Below are positions 1 to 13,523 of a DNA stretch of 64,000 nucleotides, piece by piece. Position 1 is the first letter of the stretch. Each line of letters starts with the position of its first letter. The notes under the pieces are model-generated. The model did no database searches. It worked only from the letters and a program-made list of their open reading frames with translations, and was not told the DNA's origin. The translations under genes and the position numbers were made by a program. This DNA is from Tricharina praecox (Eukaryota), in contig NW_026250426.1 in NCBI RefSeq assembly GCF_024521635.1, positions 62,001-126,000 on the forward strand. Reading direction: 5' to 3'.

Positions 1-1079
1 TCCGTTGATGATCTTCTGAACAGGTCGATGCGAGATGAACTTCTTACAGTCCGCCAGGACAGCAATTTCCAGCGTCGTCATTCCTACGAGAAGCAACTCC
101 ATCAGCGCCTAGTTCCGCAGCCCGTTTTACTTCCGACGCACCTTCATATCGCTTCCTTCTACCGTTCTCGACATCCGCGCCACCGGAACCACCTCCGTTC
201 GACTGGCCACTCAGCAGGTACGACGATTCCGTCGGCTCCGCACCGCTCACATCTAATACCGACAACTCGTGACAGAGATACTGCAAGGCTTCCGCCGCAG
301 AGAGACTGGACGTCAAATCGCACGCGACGACTTCACATGCCAGCGCTCTCGTCATATAGACACCCACGCCGAAGCCCTCCCCATCTTCGTCGCCCGACGC
401 AAACTCCGCACGACACCAACTATATATCCGCACAGTCAGAAATCAGCTCTTCGTAACTACGGGAGTAAGAATCTCGTCGTCGTCATCGCCGCCGTCGCCC
501 GTCGCATGCAGATTTTGTATGTCTTCGGTTTTGGGAGTTCAGACTGACGGATCCGTCGTCTGCTGGGTAAATATCAAATGCAAAAAGGACGGGTGTAGTT
601 ACAGGAGCGCGGCGACGGTAGCCGGGTTATGGCCTAATCAAGTCGCAATCGAGTTCCCATTAGCAAACCGAATCATGGACAGTGAACAGTGCGGGCACTA
701 GATAAGTGCGGAGAGAGCTCTCACTTCGTTCCGCAAGCTGTACGCCGAGATGCGACACAGCCGGCACGAGCTTTAGCGAGCTCAATGTCTGTGGTGCTTC
801 GATGTGTTCACTGACTAAAAGAAAACGAAAGAGCGCACGAACGTCGTGCCAACACGTTAGCTCACTGTATCTACCCCGTCCGGACTCCGCTGGGCATGCG
901 GTTACGTTATATATATTGTTTGCCGCGCTGTATGGTAACTTACAAAACGATATGAACGTATCACACATCTCCGAGAAATTCATGTCATCGTGAATTATTG
1001 GCGGATTTACGACGGATGCATCGAATCCATCGAACTCTGGTCGCGGCGAGCGATGGGGGGTTCGTACATACGACGGCAT
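1..1079 (-). CDS. Yvc1/TRPY1-like vacuolar non-selective cation channel, 5' part only (runs off the left edge, several introns)
   Basis: Spliced pieces give 'TRALACEVVACDLTSSLSAAEALQYLCHEL' and, at the edge, 'GMTTLEIAVLADCKKFISHRPVQKIING', which resemble the fungal Yvc1-family N-terminal motifs (RAxACE; xLEIAxxxxxKKFxSxxxVQKII). ATG at 1079. Internal exon boundaries are not fully resolved. Confidence 0.65.
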
Positions 1080-1556
1080 GCAGCCGAGGTAGCACTTCAG
1101 TAATGAAGAATTTGGGTGCGTGGAGAGGAAAATTTGACTCGGGGGTCAAGAGCTGGGGGGGTGGCTGTGAGAGACTCTTTAAGTAGGGAGATAAGGAGGG
1201 AGGGAAGGAGGAGAGAATGAAATTCCTCAGGCGTTCCGGGCGATTTGGCGGTGAGGTTGCTGGAGTGAACCCGGGGCGTCAGGTTAACTGCCTTATCCTG
1301 GTAACTACAAGGGAACTGCGTGGGTAGCGCGCAGGGCCTCCAATCACGTTTATCTATACCCCGTGTGACTCGTGTCGTCACAAGAGATCGCTCAAATACT
1401 TCGGCGCGGTCCAGAACGAGGAAGGCAAGTAGCGATGTAGCGCCCTATGTAATGTATTTTGTACAAGAACCCCAACTATCACCCCAAAAAACCGTTTGAC
1501 GAACCCAGCCTTCCTTTGATCATTAAAGTACGAGGTATGTATCCTGCCGTCTCTCT

Positions 1557-2546
1557 CTATTCCTCCATGAGATCCGCCGAAGGTCCCTCCCTCAGCACCT
1601 TCTCCAACCTCGCAATCTCCTCCAAGCTTTTCGCGGCCCTGATCTTGTCTTCGATCTTCTTCTTTTCGGCCGCCGTCAACCTGACCGCATACTCCTTGTT
1701 TCCGCTTCCTGACGATTCGCCCAAGTCGAATGTGCGCGACTTGATGCCCATGATCTGTTGCGCTGGTTAGCTCAAAGCTTCGCCTGTGGATAGCTGCGAG
1801 TGGGTGTTCCATACCTTTGACGCAAGCGGTGATGGCTCCTTCTCGGTTCCAAATAGCTCCTCGGCGCGCTTCCGCTCGACATCCTTCACCTTCTGGTAAT
1901 CGAGAAATCTAACAGTCGGACACTTCCATATCACCCAGTGCCTGTAATGCTGGATCCGCAGTTCGATTAGCCCCATCGCCAATCGCCAATCCCCGATCAT
2001 TCACAAGACGTGGGGCCCTTACGTCTTTCCTCGTCACCGGATTCTCCAACAGAGACAAGTGTACAAGCCTCCTGAACTTGCTCAACGGCTCCAGATCGCC
2101 CAGTTCGGAGAGGTTGTTCGCCGTCAGGATCAACACCGTGAGATTTGGTATCGACTTCACGAGCGTCGGCTGGATGACGGATATTCGGTTTCTGGCGAGC
2201 AGCAGAGTATGTAGTCGCTCAGACAGCGGGAAGTTTCCCAGCTGCTGGATATCGTTGTCGGTGAAATCTATCGCATCTTGGGGCTTCAACCAAAAAAACG
2301 AAACAATATGTCAATCGGGTCAATCCATAGAGGTTTGGAGTGGGGAGTACGCACCCCCGCAACACCAAGATTCTCAATCGCGGGAATCTTGTGGCCTTCA
2401 AGAATGTGTATATGTTCAATATAGCTCATAGATCAAAAGTGTAGTACCTGCTCTTTGGGAAACGCACCTCTGAGATCCAGCTCTCTATCGTTGATGGGGT
2501 TAAGGAAACTCGGCGTCGCCGCAAGAATCTCACTCGTCAATCTCAT
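1557..2546 (-). CDS. LEA1: U2 snRNP protein A' (leucine-rich repeat), 5 exons
   Basis: MRLTSEILAATPSFLNPINDRELDLRG / HKIPAIENLGVAG / PQDAIDFTDNDIQQLGNFP...LSLLENPVTRK / HYRHWVIWKCPTVRFLDYQKVK / IMGIKSRTF...*; canonical GT-AG introns. Confidence 0.95.
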
Positions 2547-3426
2547 GGTGTCGGGAACGGCGAACTGATTCGGAAGTGTAGATGACGGGAGGGAGCGCGA
2601 CGGTGTTTGGCGGGTTGCGTGGATGGATGTTGGTGTTGGCTTTGCAGTGGGCTTGGGCGTGGAGAGCACAGTGCGGGATTCGCTTGGCTTGGCATGCGCT
2701 AAGACGAGTTTGTTATTGCGAGTGACGACATGTGTCTCGTCATGTTTTGGTTCCGTCGAAATTTGGAACTCCATCAACCGGGGCCCTCGGGTTGTATGTA
2801 TCACACACATGGCCCTCTAGCTTTTTATTCTCTCCAACTATCCGGCCAGGACGCAAACGTACTACATTATAGGGTGGTAAGGTACAGGCCTCCATCATCA
2901 ACTTCCCAAAGCCTGCGAAGCACCTATTCATCGTACACATACCCATTCATCTCTGCATATGCTTCCGCCGGCCTTGGGTCCGCCCTACAAAAAGTCGTTT
3001 AAAGAGGGAAAGAAGGAAAGAAAAGAGAAAGGAAAATAACCCGTGCCCAAAACTCCACAAAACAAAACAGATGCCATTCGCCGAGCCCCCCACCCCTCTC
3101 CCGCGGATTCCAAGTTTGCTAGGGATATGAAGAAATGAATAGTCTGAACCAAAGGGGGTATCACCCTTCACGAAAGTAGTAACTGCGAGAAAACAAAAGG
3201 TGAGAAAAGGGGAAGAAAAGATGAACCAGATAACGCCTCACTCCAGGAGACAGATATCGAACATATACACGGTGCGCGAGCTAGGAGCTCCAACATTGAC
3301 CCAACTTCAACCCGCTCAATTCGTGGTGCAGTCGTGCCCAGTAATCGAGGCCGTAGAACCTGCCAGCCCTGTATATCGACTCCTTCCACATCTCTCCAAA
3401 CATTGAAACGGCGTAAACATTGTGGC

Positions 3427-4807
3427 TCATTCAATTAACAGCTTTCGTTTGTCTCCAACCATCGTCATTCCGAGGCAGTGTAGTGCGTTGGTATCATAGG
3501 GCCGTATAATCGTGGGCGCGGGCAGCATGGGGTTTTCGATGTTGATGTGATATGCATCTCTCGCGGCGAGCTCTATGGCATCCATCTCGTCCATGCAAGT
3601 TTGGTGGTCAAAGGGCGAGACTATTATCCTCTGTCGGACTTGGATATCTTTGCAACTAGACAGATGGGCCTTGGAAGCTTGTCAGCGACACATGATCCGG
3701 AGCTCGAGAGGGTACTGCGGACAAACTTTGACGCAAACAAAGTATTCAATTTTGTATAAACTCGCCGTCGTAGTGAAGCCGGATATCGCGTTAAGTGGAA
3801 ATGCCGATTTGACGCGTGGCAAGAACCCGTCGCTGTCGCGCAACTCCTTGGCGGGGAATCTCAAATTTATGGTCGACATGTAACCTTTTTCAGGTAGCTT
3901 CATCCCCACAACCTCCTTCTTCGATATGAGCTTGTTGGTCTTGGTCGTTGGCTCGTCTCCTTCTGGATTGTAGGTGATTTGCTCTTCAATGGTGGCCACG
4001 ATCCTCGAGATCGATACCTTCCTCGCTTTGGTCATCCAATCAGGGTTCGGTGTCAAGCGTACAAAAATTTCCACAGGATCATTCGGTCCAAACGACCAGC
4101 GCGACAAACTAGTCCCCAAAGTGACAACATGATCGGACACTCGCTCTTGCGACTCGGGTCTATTGTACATGCCGAATGTTGACAGCGTATCGTATCGACA
4201 GAGCGGCACGGGGAAGGCGTGCTTTTTGAGGTCGGCGTGGCCCTGCTGCACGGAAACCACCAGCTCATAGTATGTTTCGGCGACTCGCGATGGCAATTGC
4301 AAGCTCGCAGGCGGCACCTTTACGATATCGTCCCCAGCCCTCGCGAAGGGAATGAACAGGACGAACGGTAAGTCCATAGCGAGGACATCCTCGAATGGCT
4401 TGCCAGGTATGCACTGAAACAACCGCATCTCCTTCCCGACCAAATCTCGAGTATCCTTTCGTGGCGCTGCGAGGTGGTTCCCGATGACTTTGTCGGCGTG
4501 AGGGTGAATTGATTCTCGTCGATAGAGTCCGATGGACACGTATGATATTCCGACCGGAGCACTGACACCGCCTTGTGGACGGATCTCAACCTTGCCCTCT
4601 ATCCGCGGCTAACGGCGTACCGCCAACGTCAATGCTTCTGAACCCCGGAGGCGCGACGAAAGAAGGAGAAGTTACCAGTGTCGCGGATATACCGGGGTAT
4701 CCCACGAGGAAGTTGCTATTTGGCGGGCCGGAGACACGCACAAAAGCTATGACCGGAGGTGACGCCCCGCTGCCGACACGACCGAAGCTCGTTGTAAGGT
4801 CCGACAT
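3427..4807 (-). CDS. Conserved fungal arrestin-like (Ig-fold) protein, 3 exons
   Basis: FVRVSGPPNSNFLVGYPGISATL / PRIEGKVEIRP...VPLCRYDTLSTFGMYNRP...TTTASLYKIEYFVCVK / AHLSSCKDIQVRQRIIVSPFD...KLLIE*; the exons join in frame across GT-AG introns. The family name comes from recall. Confidence 0.75.
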
Positions 4808-6099
4808 GGCCTGGTATTCTCAGTTGGGCGGAGAAGGTGTGGGATGCTCGGTCCCACACCACTACCGGACGGGAGGAATGACGGGATTAAACGGGCGCGC
4901 CGGTAGAGTTCCGTGGAGCGAGGGATCTTGCAAGAGCTCGTCGGGGATGGCGACAGCTCCGATAACAGCGACGGCGGCGGCGGAGTAGCGATAATCGGTG
5001 TTGGTTGGCTGTTGTGGAGGAAGGAGGCGGACAGCGGGGAGAGCTGAAGTTGATGCGGCTGGGATGTTGCGTCCGCGGTAGCGGTAGCTGCAAGCAGGGG
5101 GCGACGATGATATGGAGAATCCACCCACGCCAACAGCAGCGACTACCTCACATATCCAACTGACAGGTCAAAAACATATAAACTGTCATCTTTATTGATT
5201 TGTGCAATAGGCGATGCCTTAAAGCGCATCATGTGCATATGATAAACCCCAACAGATAATCAACAAGTGACGCCGGAATGTTAACCCGCGATGCACCGCA
5301 CAGAATTAATAGGGGAGTGCGGCCACGTGATCGTTGTTGCTGCCTGCTCCACGTTCGCATTTTATGCAAGTCTCCGGTGAAGTCGTGTCATCAATTACGC
5401 TCACAAAAAGTTACTCGAACCTCAAGCGAGTTATATCTCATGACCACCAGATGTACATGGGACCGAATCTTTCTTGTTTGGTGGTAAGTTTTAGGGCAGC
5501 GCCGTTTTACATAATCTGAGGTAGATACAGAATCCCTTATGTATGCGGTCAAATGTGGACCTAGGAATGTCGGTCACCGATTACCTAGTTGCCGGTGGAC
5601 TCGGCTTCCAATCTGATTCTTCCTCGAATCCAAGTGGCTCCTCTCGGTTCAACGATTTGACGATTTCGATAAAGCCAAGTAGACGAACGGACGGCCATCA
5701 TCACCTCCGAGAAGATAGCCATCGCGAGTTTGGGTTGATAGAACTTCTTATATTTTTATCACTCGGGAGGAAGAAGCGTGGTTACGCGGTATATAGAATT
5801 ATTTTCTTCGCAAGATGTGACCGCCCACAGCTCCCATCCCAGGGCTGAAAACCCAACCCGTTAGATAGCTAGCATCTAATTGTTCTACATGGCAACGGCC
5901 CCGCCAAAAAAAAATACAAAAAACAATTGACAACTCTCAAACATGCAACTTCGCCACCCGGCGATGACTAGTATACACCCGTTCCTTGTATCCCTCGCTG
6001 CCAAATGAGTATCCCTTCCGGTAAGACTAGGTCAGGTATGCTGCGAGTCAGCGGTGAAAGGTGAAGTCAAGTGTCACAAGAACGAGCACACACATTTAC

Positions 6100-6778
6100 C
6101 TAATGTCGTCCTTTCCTGCTTAGTGGAATAACTCCTACGGTGATCCACTCCTTCTCGTGAGCCAGCAACCGACGGGCAGCCTTTTCCTTAAGGTGGTAGC
6201 CGTGTACAACTTCCAAATCCAACCGCCTCCGGCTCTTCTCTGGTTCGACTAGTTGCTTATTGAGCAGCTCAAGGACTTGCCGGTGCCAGTTTTGATCCTG
6301 CAAACCGCTTGGTCTCTGAAGAACGGATCGGAGCTTTTTCTCCAGCCGGGAACGTGCATCTTCAAGTATTGGAACACTGAACGGATCCGTGTCCGGGTCA
6401 GTATCGGTACTGGTGACCAACGACCCACTTGCTTCTTCTTCATCCATCAGCGGCTGATGTGGCGGACTCGCCGGTGGCAACATTTGCAGCTCTGTTGCAT
6501 TTTCGTCCTGGGCCCGCCGCCGAAGTCTCGTTGCCGTCCATCTAGATGTTCCACCACGAGGGCCGACTATTATTGGTGGTGGACTATGCATATCCTGGGG
6601 CGGGCTATGCATGTTCTCGAGCGGGGCGACTGTATCCTGAGAAGAACCATTATCGGATGTTGGAGGAGGAGCGGGGAGGTCTTCGGCTACTGAAGGATGG
6701 CTTTTCTTTCTTCCCGGATTCTGGACATGAGCCAATGCATTCATGCGCTGCTGGTAGAGTCTAGATCGGCGGCCCATA
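6100..6778 (-). mobile_element. Probable truncated N-terminal part of a Tc1/mariner-IS630-like (DDE) transposase
   Basis: Intronless ORF 'MGRRSRLYQQR...AARRLLAHEKEWITVGVIPLSRKGRH*'. The end resembles the 'AR.I..W...W......P..+.G.H' segment of fungal DDE transposase-like proteins. No catalytic domain or TIRs were recognised. Confidence 0.4.
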
Positions 6779-7624
6779 TTTTGGATGGTAGGTGCAGTTA
6801 AATAGCTGAGTTCCGGGTCCGAAGAGGTTCTCCGAGCTTTTAAGTTCATACCATACTCCAACCGAGTACATGTGACCACTACATCATTCAACTTTAGAGT
6901 GAAATCAGTCGCCACTCATGGGAGTTTGGTGCACTCAAGCATGATTTCCATAAAAACCCCGATGTTTCTTCTGGTAAAAGAACTTCACATAAACATCAGA
7001 TCAGGAATCTAAATCCATATGGTGGTAGGTATTGCATAACCTGTGCCTTTTCTACTCCACGGATTTCACATCTGCTACCTGCTGCTGGCTGGCTTGAAAT
7101 TGGAACCGCAAAAAGATGGCCTTTCTTGGCCGCAGGCACCATATTAGTCGTTAAATTACGGTTTCTGACTAGAAAACAAGGCGAAGACTATCCGCACCTA
7201 ACCGAAGTACCAGGTGTAGACTACCGAGTAATATGTAGCGCCGGATACAGATGTTAGAGATATGTAACCCGAGCAGGCAGTAGAGTAGCGAACGTCCCCG
7301 CTTGATGGCGACCGCCATCCAACTGACAGTGCCTCGCGCCTCGGGCCGCCTAGGGTGGTACCCTCCCTTGCTGATTCGAGGATATAGGTAGTTCATTTGA
7401 TACGCCATAGGCTTCTGCTTCCACGGCTTTGCGGGAAGCTTTTGGCCCTGGAAACAGCACCGGGCGATGACCTGCGAATACTGAGGACAAGAGTCGAGTG
7501 ATCCATTAATTTCAGTGATGATTGTTTCGACTGGCTTAGTTATAATTGGCAGCCTCCATGAGCTTTAGAATTCTAAGTACAATATAGGCACGGAACAGAA
7601 TTGATATCCACGGCACACTCGCGT

Positions 7625-8885
7625 CTAAAACTCTAAATCCACCTTCGTGGCCTTCCCATGGCCATGGCCATGCCCTCCCGCTCCCACCGCCGCCCCAGGC
7701 CCAGCCTCCTCCTCATCCTCATCCGCCGGCGGTAACGAATACGCCATGATCTCAAACCTCCTCCTAGTGACCAAAAACGCCAAATCCTCGCCCGCACCGA
7801 GTGCGGCACCGACACCACCACCTTTCTCCCCAAGAACGGGAAGCTTCCACAGCTTCACCAGTCCTTGAGGCTCCTCCTGCTTCCCTTGCGCCTTTGATGC
7901 TGTGCGACGCGGCAAGGGAAGGAGCTCTATCACCCCGTCCGAGAGAATCTCAGCCCACCGGATCAGTGCCGTGGCCCGTGGGTACAACTCGGTAGGAAGC
8001 GATATCATCACGGTTAGTTGCCGCGGGTACTCGCGAAGCAGCGCGCGGAGGGAGTGTAGGAATTGGAGAAGGTGCTGTGGGGCGCAGGCATGCGGTGAAT
8101 ACAAGGCAGGGTTAAGGAGAGAAGGAATGAGGACGCGGTGGGGGGTTGTGGAGGGGGTGCTGGCGAGGTGTGTTGAGAGCTGAGCGAGGAGTGTGGAGTA
8201 GGGGGCGGTAGAGGCTGTGGGAGCAGGGAGGAACTTGAGGGATGCGCTGGGTGGGATTGCCAGCCGCTTTGTGAGATCGAAGGTGTGGCAGAACGGGGTG
8301 GATGTGGTAGATGCGACGGGCGTGCGCGTCGGTGTGTGGGATTGCGCTGTGCAGATAAATCAGCTCTCACCCTCCCCCAGCCGATTGTGTCCAGAGTATA
8401 CCACGACTGCCACCAATCCCACTTCCAAACTCTCCCAACCGCTCGTACCGCCAGGCAATCTTCATTCTCTCTGAGCCCCCCGAATCCTTCCGCTTCCCGC
8501 TGCCCTCAGCATCACCCACTAGGGCGGGAAGGTCCCGCACCCACTGCTCTCCAAAACCCACGACAGTGACTGCGTGTCCTTGCACAATGCCCTCCGCCGC
8601 ATAGTACCGTAGCAGTGCGCCGCCGTAGTCAGTTGTTCCTGGCTCTTCTATGAGGAACGAGCAGCCAAGGGGAAGCCCGGCGTGGCCAGCAAGGAGGGAG
8701 TCGAGGCTTGGTGTGCCCGTTGAAGTGGTGGGTTGGCCATTTATGGGTGACGGACGGATACCCGGGACTGGTGGGTCAGGTTTTTGTGCGGGCGGTGGAG
8801 AGGGGGAAGAGGAGGCTGTAGAAGCGGCGGTGCCTGGCGGACCGCGCGCGTTGACTATTACGTTGCGCTTGCGGAAGCTGGCCAT
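7625..8885 (-). CDS. ELP4: Elongator complex subunit 4 (PAXNEB), 2 exons
   Basis: GIRPSPINGQPTTSTGTPSLDSLLAGHAGLPLG, IEEPGTTDYGGALLRYYAAEG, MKIAWRYERLG, FCHTFDLTKRL, C-terminal ...DLEF*; intron at about 8348-8400. Confidence 0.95.
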
Positions 8886-9290
8886 CGTGGATGGGTGTAT
8901 CGTGGTTAAGTTGACGTAGGTGACGCGCGAGGTTGGTGGGGTGGTGGGGTTGAGGCTCTGGTTCAAGAGTTTGACTATGACGCCATAGCGCAGGGCGCCG
9001 TAATTTGCACCCATACCCCTATGTACGGTGGAAGAAGTTTGAGACGTGACAGCCTTGGTCCGCCGCTGAGCCACAGTGTTCAGCCCTATATACGGATTTT
9101 CGAAACTATATGTTGTCCTCACACGTCGCTATCACGTCCGGAAAATCACAAGATCTCACTCATTCGCTAACAAGGGGCACGTCGTTGGATCGGAAAACGT
9201 CGCTGAATCGAGGTTTCCAACAATCGGAGAATGGCGTCGAATCGACAGCGTCTTTGGACATCAATCCGACTAATTTTTGCGCACCCTACT

Positions 9291-11474
9291 CTAAACGGCA
9301 CTTCCACCAATCTGCCCCCACAGGATCGCTTCAACCATCTCTCCCTTCGGGATAACTCCAACCTTCTCCCGCTTCTCACCCACAGCCCCCTTCGCTGGCA
9401 ATGCGACCACTGCATTCGCAGCCATAGTGCTCCCGATCCGGCTACTTCTTTGTCCGCCCGTACTGCGCGCACCCAGACGTCCGTCCGGCCGCATCGCCAC
9501 AAAGACGCGGTGAAACTCTGGTCTCGGATCCAGAGGGAAGTCTTGTTCCGCGACGACGCGGACCTTCGGTAATTCCCAAGGCTCGTAACCGGCCGCCTTC
9601 CGAAGCGACGGCAGAACGAAGAGGTTGAATGTTACTAGCGCACTGGCTGGATTGCCGGGGAGCGCAAATATCTTCTTCTCGCCGATGGTGGCGAAGGTGG
9701 TCGGCTTTCCGGGCTTCATCGCTACCCGCCCGAAGTGGATCGTTCCGTCGAGTGATTGTTCGATCGTCGGCTTGAGGAGGTCCAGCTCCCCCATGCTTAC
9801 GCCACCCGTGGTAATGATTACGTCGACCACCGAGAGCGCGTCTTTGAGCATGGATTCGAGTGCACCGGGTTTGTCAGCTGCGATCTGGAGGTCGATAGCG
9901 GGGTAGCCGGCGCTCTTTATCGCTGAGAGGAGTGCCGGCCGGTTGCTGTCCCGGATCTCTCCAATTTTTAATTCTCCCGGACGGAGGTGCGAGACGACTT
10001 CGTCGCCGGTGGACAGCACACCTACGGTTAGTTTCTGGTAAACAGACACCTTTGCGACACCGACGGAAGCGAGAAGTCCGATTTCGCCGCCTACTGCACT
10101 TATGACATCGCCAGCACGCAGGATGACGGTGCCAGACTGGACGTCGCTACCAATCTCACGTACGTTTTCGCCGGGTTCAAGACCAGACGCGAGCAACTCC
10201 ACAGTAGCTTCCTCGACGCCGTCGGCGGTTGACGACTTGAGAACTGTGTCTTCTACCATTATCACTGCGGTTGCGCCGGCAGGCAGCGGCGCACCAGTAG
10301 TGATCCGTGCTACTTGTCCTGGCTCGAGAGGGGGGGCTGTTCCTGGGGCTGCGTGGGAGACGGAGACGACGGGGTAGACGCCAGCTTTAGCAGTATGGTG
10401 GATTGCGTATCCATCCACTATCGAAGCTCTGAATGCTGGGACTGCCTCGGCAGCTGTCACGTCCTTGGCGAGTACATATCCTACGAGGTTCTCGTCCACC
10501 TGCATCTCGACGATTTTCCCATGTCGAGTCTCGGTAGCAATGATGGCATTCGCCTCATTCACCGAAAGCATCGGGTAAGGACTCTCCCTGTACCGTTGTG
10601 TGACGGAGGCATCCAGCTTGTTTGATCGCTGATCGGGCGTTGTTAGTGGCCTGGGCGCTTTATGTCCATGATGGTGGTGGTGATGATGATGTCCTCCGTC
10701 CGCTGAAGATCCATGTGAGTGGCGGTGTGAGCGTACACCAGCTTCCTCCTCTAGTTTCTTGGTGCCACCGGAATGCATAGCGCGAGATGAAGCTACACTG
10801 GCAGCTTGTCCGCAGGCGTGCGGCAAGAACTTTATCACTGCATCCAAATTCTCCGTTGCTCCTTTCGGCGAACCGGGGACGGTGAGGATTATCGAGCCAT
10901 TGCGGACTCCGGCAACGGGTCGGGACATCATGGCGACTGAAAGGTTAGTTGAGCCGCATGTGTCAGGCCAGGGCGGATGGAAACGTACAAGGCGTGATAT
11001 TGAGTGAGGCCGCAAGCATCGCATGGCTATTAAGTCAATTAGCTAGCTGTCGATAAAGAAGCTCGAGGAGAGAGTATTATACACAAGTCCCGGGGCCTCT
11101 TTGTCTAGCAGTGGCCTCACCGCCTGTGATCTACCTTAGCAAAAGTGCTAGTTCCTGCCCCGCCAGTCCGAGTTCAAGCTCACCTCCGGCGTACAATCTG
11201 TAACCGAAAAACCGGTGCCTCCCGTAGTAACAATCAAATTGATCTTCTTCTTATCGGCCCATTCGACAATAGCCGCCTCAATCGCGGCCTGGTCGTCGCT
11301 CACGATCTTCGCCTCGATGTCTCCGCTCCACGCCCATTTACTGCTGGGATTGGACTCGTTCTCATTGGCGAAGAAGGAACGGAGAAGCACCGAGGAGCTG
11401 TCGGTGCTTGGGTCCTTCGAGGCGGTGGTTGAGACAATCAGGACAGCTACCGTGAATGTTGTTTTGGAGGTCAT
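9291..11474 (-). CDS. cnxE: Molybdenum cofactor biosynthesis protein, gephyrin/CnxE (MogA G-domain + MoeA E-domain)
   Basis: G-domain LIVTTGGTGF..D.TPE and PGSPKG; His-rich linker; E-domain ASIVDGYA, RITTGAPLP.GA.AV.MVEDT, LSTGDE, TTGGVSMGELD, MKPGKP, LPGNPASA; three short introns at the 5' end. Confidence 0.96.
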
Positions 11475-11635
11475 TGTTGAATGATAAGGTCGAGTGGCCG
11501 ATTGCGGGGTTGCGGGGTTGCAGATGATGCTATGTAGCTAATAGGCTATCACTTTACCGCACCTTCATCTGCACGCTGATATCATCCATCTCCAACCACT
11601 ACATCTTAACCAACACCCCCAACAATCTCAAAGCA

Positions 11636-12687
11636 ATGCCACAGTCACTTAGCTACCTCGACCTCGTCAACGAGCTCGATGGGTCCGTCTTCCTCACCCC
11701 GCATCTCCTCCCACGACTGACATGTCAGCTTCCCGTCGGCCATCCTCAATCCCACGGCGCACACGGAGCGCCTCTCCACCCTCATGCTATTCACATCCGG
11801 CACGCACACACTCGGCTACGTCCTTCCCAGCGTCGTAACCGCACTACGCGCGCTGTCCTCCCCGCACTGGACGATAACGCCCTCCACCGTCTCGCTCACG
11901 GGGCACACCGTCGACGAGCGCAGCACGCAAATGCGCACGACGCTCGAGTCCTTCCGCGACGCGCAAACCTTCGCGGTGTGCTCAGGTAAGGGCTGGCGAA
12001 ACGAGCTGTACTCGGTCTACTCGCCCAATGGAGAGCTGTACCTCGAGATGGAGCGCAGCGGCGCAGCCCTGTTCGGCGTCGTGCAGTACGGCGTACACAT
12101 GACGGCCTTTGTCCGTGCCGACGGCGGATTAAAGATCTGGACGCCCCGCAGGAATCCCACCAAGTCTACGTACCCCAGCATGCTCGACAACACCGTCGCC
12201 GGCGGGATCGCCTCCGGCATGACCGTGTTTGAAACGCTGATCAAGGAGTCTGCCGAGGAGGCGAGCCTGCCTGAATCACTCGTGCGCGAGAAGGCGAGGT
12301 GTGTGGGGCTGGTCTCGTATTTTATGGTGCGGGACCATAGGGCGGGAGGGGAAACGGGGCTGCTCATGCCAGAGGTGCAGTATGTGTACGACATGGAGGT
12401 GGGAGATGATGTGGTCCCACGGCCCGGAGATGACGAGGTCCAGGATTTTCACCTGCTTACCATGGATGAGGTGGTGAGCGAGTTGAGAGCGGGACGGTTT
12501 AAGCCAAACTGCGCGGTTGTGTTGATTGTAGGTCTCTTGATACTACGTAGTAGACGCGGCAACTGACAATGCACAGGACTTCTTCATTCGACATGGAATC
12601 ATCACGCCGGAGAACGAACCCGACTACATCGAGATTTCGTCGAGGATTCACAGAACGCTGGAGTTTCCGCTGGCGAAGTACACCTGA
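11636..12687 (+). CDS. Nudix hydrolase of the YJR142W / thiamine pyrophosphokinase-related family, 3 exons
   Basis: GWRNELY, MERSGAALFGVVQYGVH, KSTYPSMLDNTVAGG, Nudix box KESAEEASL, FKPNCAVVLI / DFFIRHGIITPENEPDYIEISSRIHR. Confidence 0.92.
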
Positions 12688-13523
12688 GATACTTCTGTGC
12701 TAGAGTACTATCTGTGACTGGTGGGCCAAGAAACCGAGTGTGTACTTAAACTGTCATGGCTGAACACGGCCGAAACAGAATGATGAAAAAAATAACAACA
12801 TCTATGCTGCGACGGCACGAGACGCAGAGTGAGGAGATGATGCTGGACGAGCGTCGAGTACTGCAGCAGAGGAGACTAAAAATAAACGGAATCCCATAAT
12901 ACGAGTTGTCCATTGATAGACGGGGTGTGTCTTGAGGTGGAATCTGCGTACACAATGGATACTGGTTTGCGGTTGTCGGAAGAGTTTGGGTGTCATTCGC
13001 TGCATCCACTACTGTGCCAACATCGTACAATGTGTGCGCTCCTCAAGATGTGGGTAGGGTATACGGAGGTGAGAAGGGATGGAAAGTTTTGAGAGAATAT
13101 TACACATTATGCATCTATCGAATTTCGCTCTCACAGACGAATCTCAACCCTCACTAGCAAGAATTTGGCACACTACCACACCGTACTAGCATCTTCGGTC
13201 ATGCCGCTCCTGCAGGAGGAACCCCGCCAATACCTTTACCTTGAACATAGATCGTCTTCTTGGTTGCTGCAATCTAGATATCCGGTCGATGGGTCTCACG
13301 TCAGAGCTTGCTAGGTAGGTAAAAGGGAGTGTGGTCATGGCATCTCAATCGCATGCCCATTCATAGATAAGCGGGATTGATGTGTGAATGGTGTCTCAGC
13401 AGTTGTTACTTATACATGAGGTCTATGGTACAGCTATAATAACGAAGGCGACAGTGATATCACCCCAACCAACGCCTGTTGCCAGTTCTAAAATAGTACA
13501 CGAAAGTGTTCTTGGAGTCTAGA

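Noticed and set aside
10640..10730. Poly-His tract in CnxE as a novel metal-binding module
   Set aside because: His-rich linkers between the G and E domains are already known in fungal CnxE/Nit-9 proteins.
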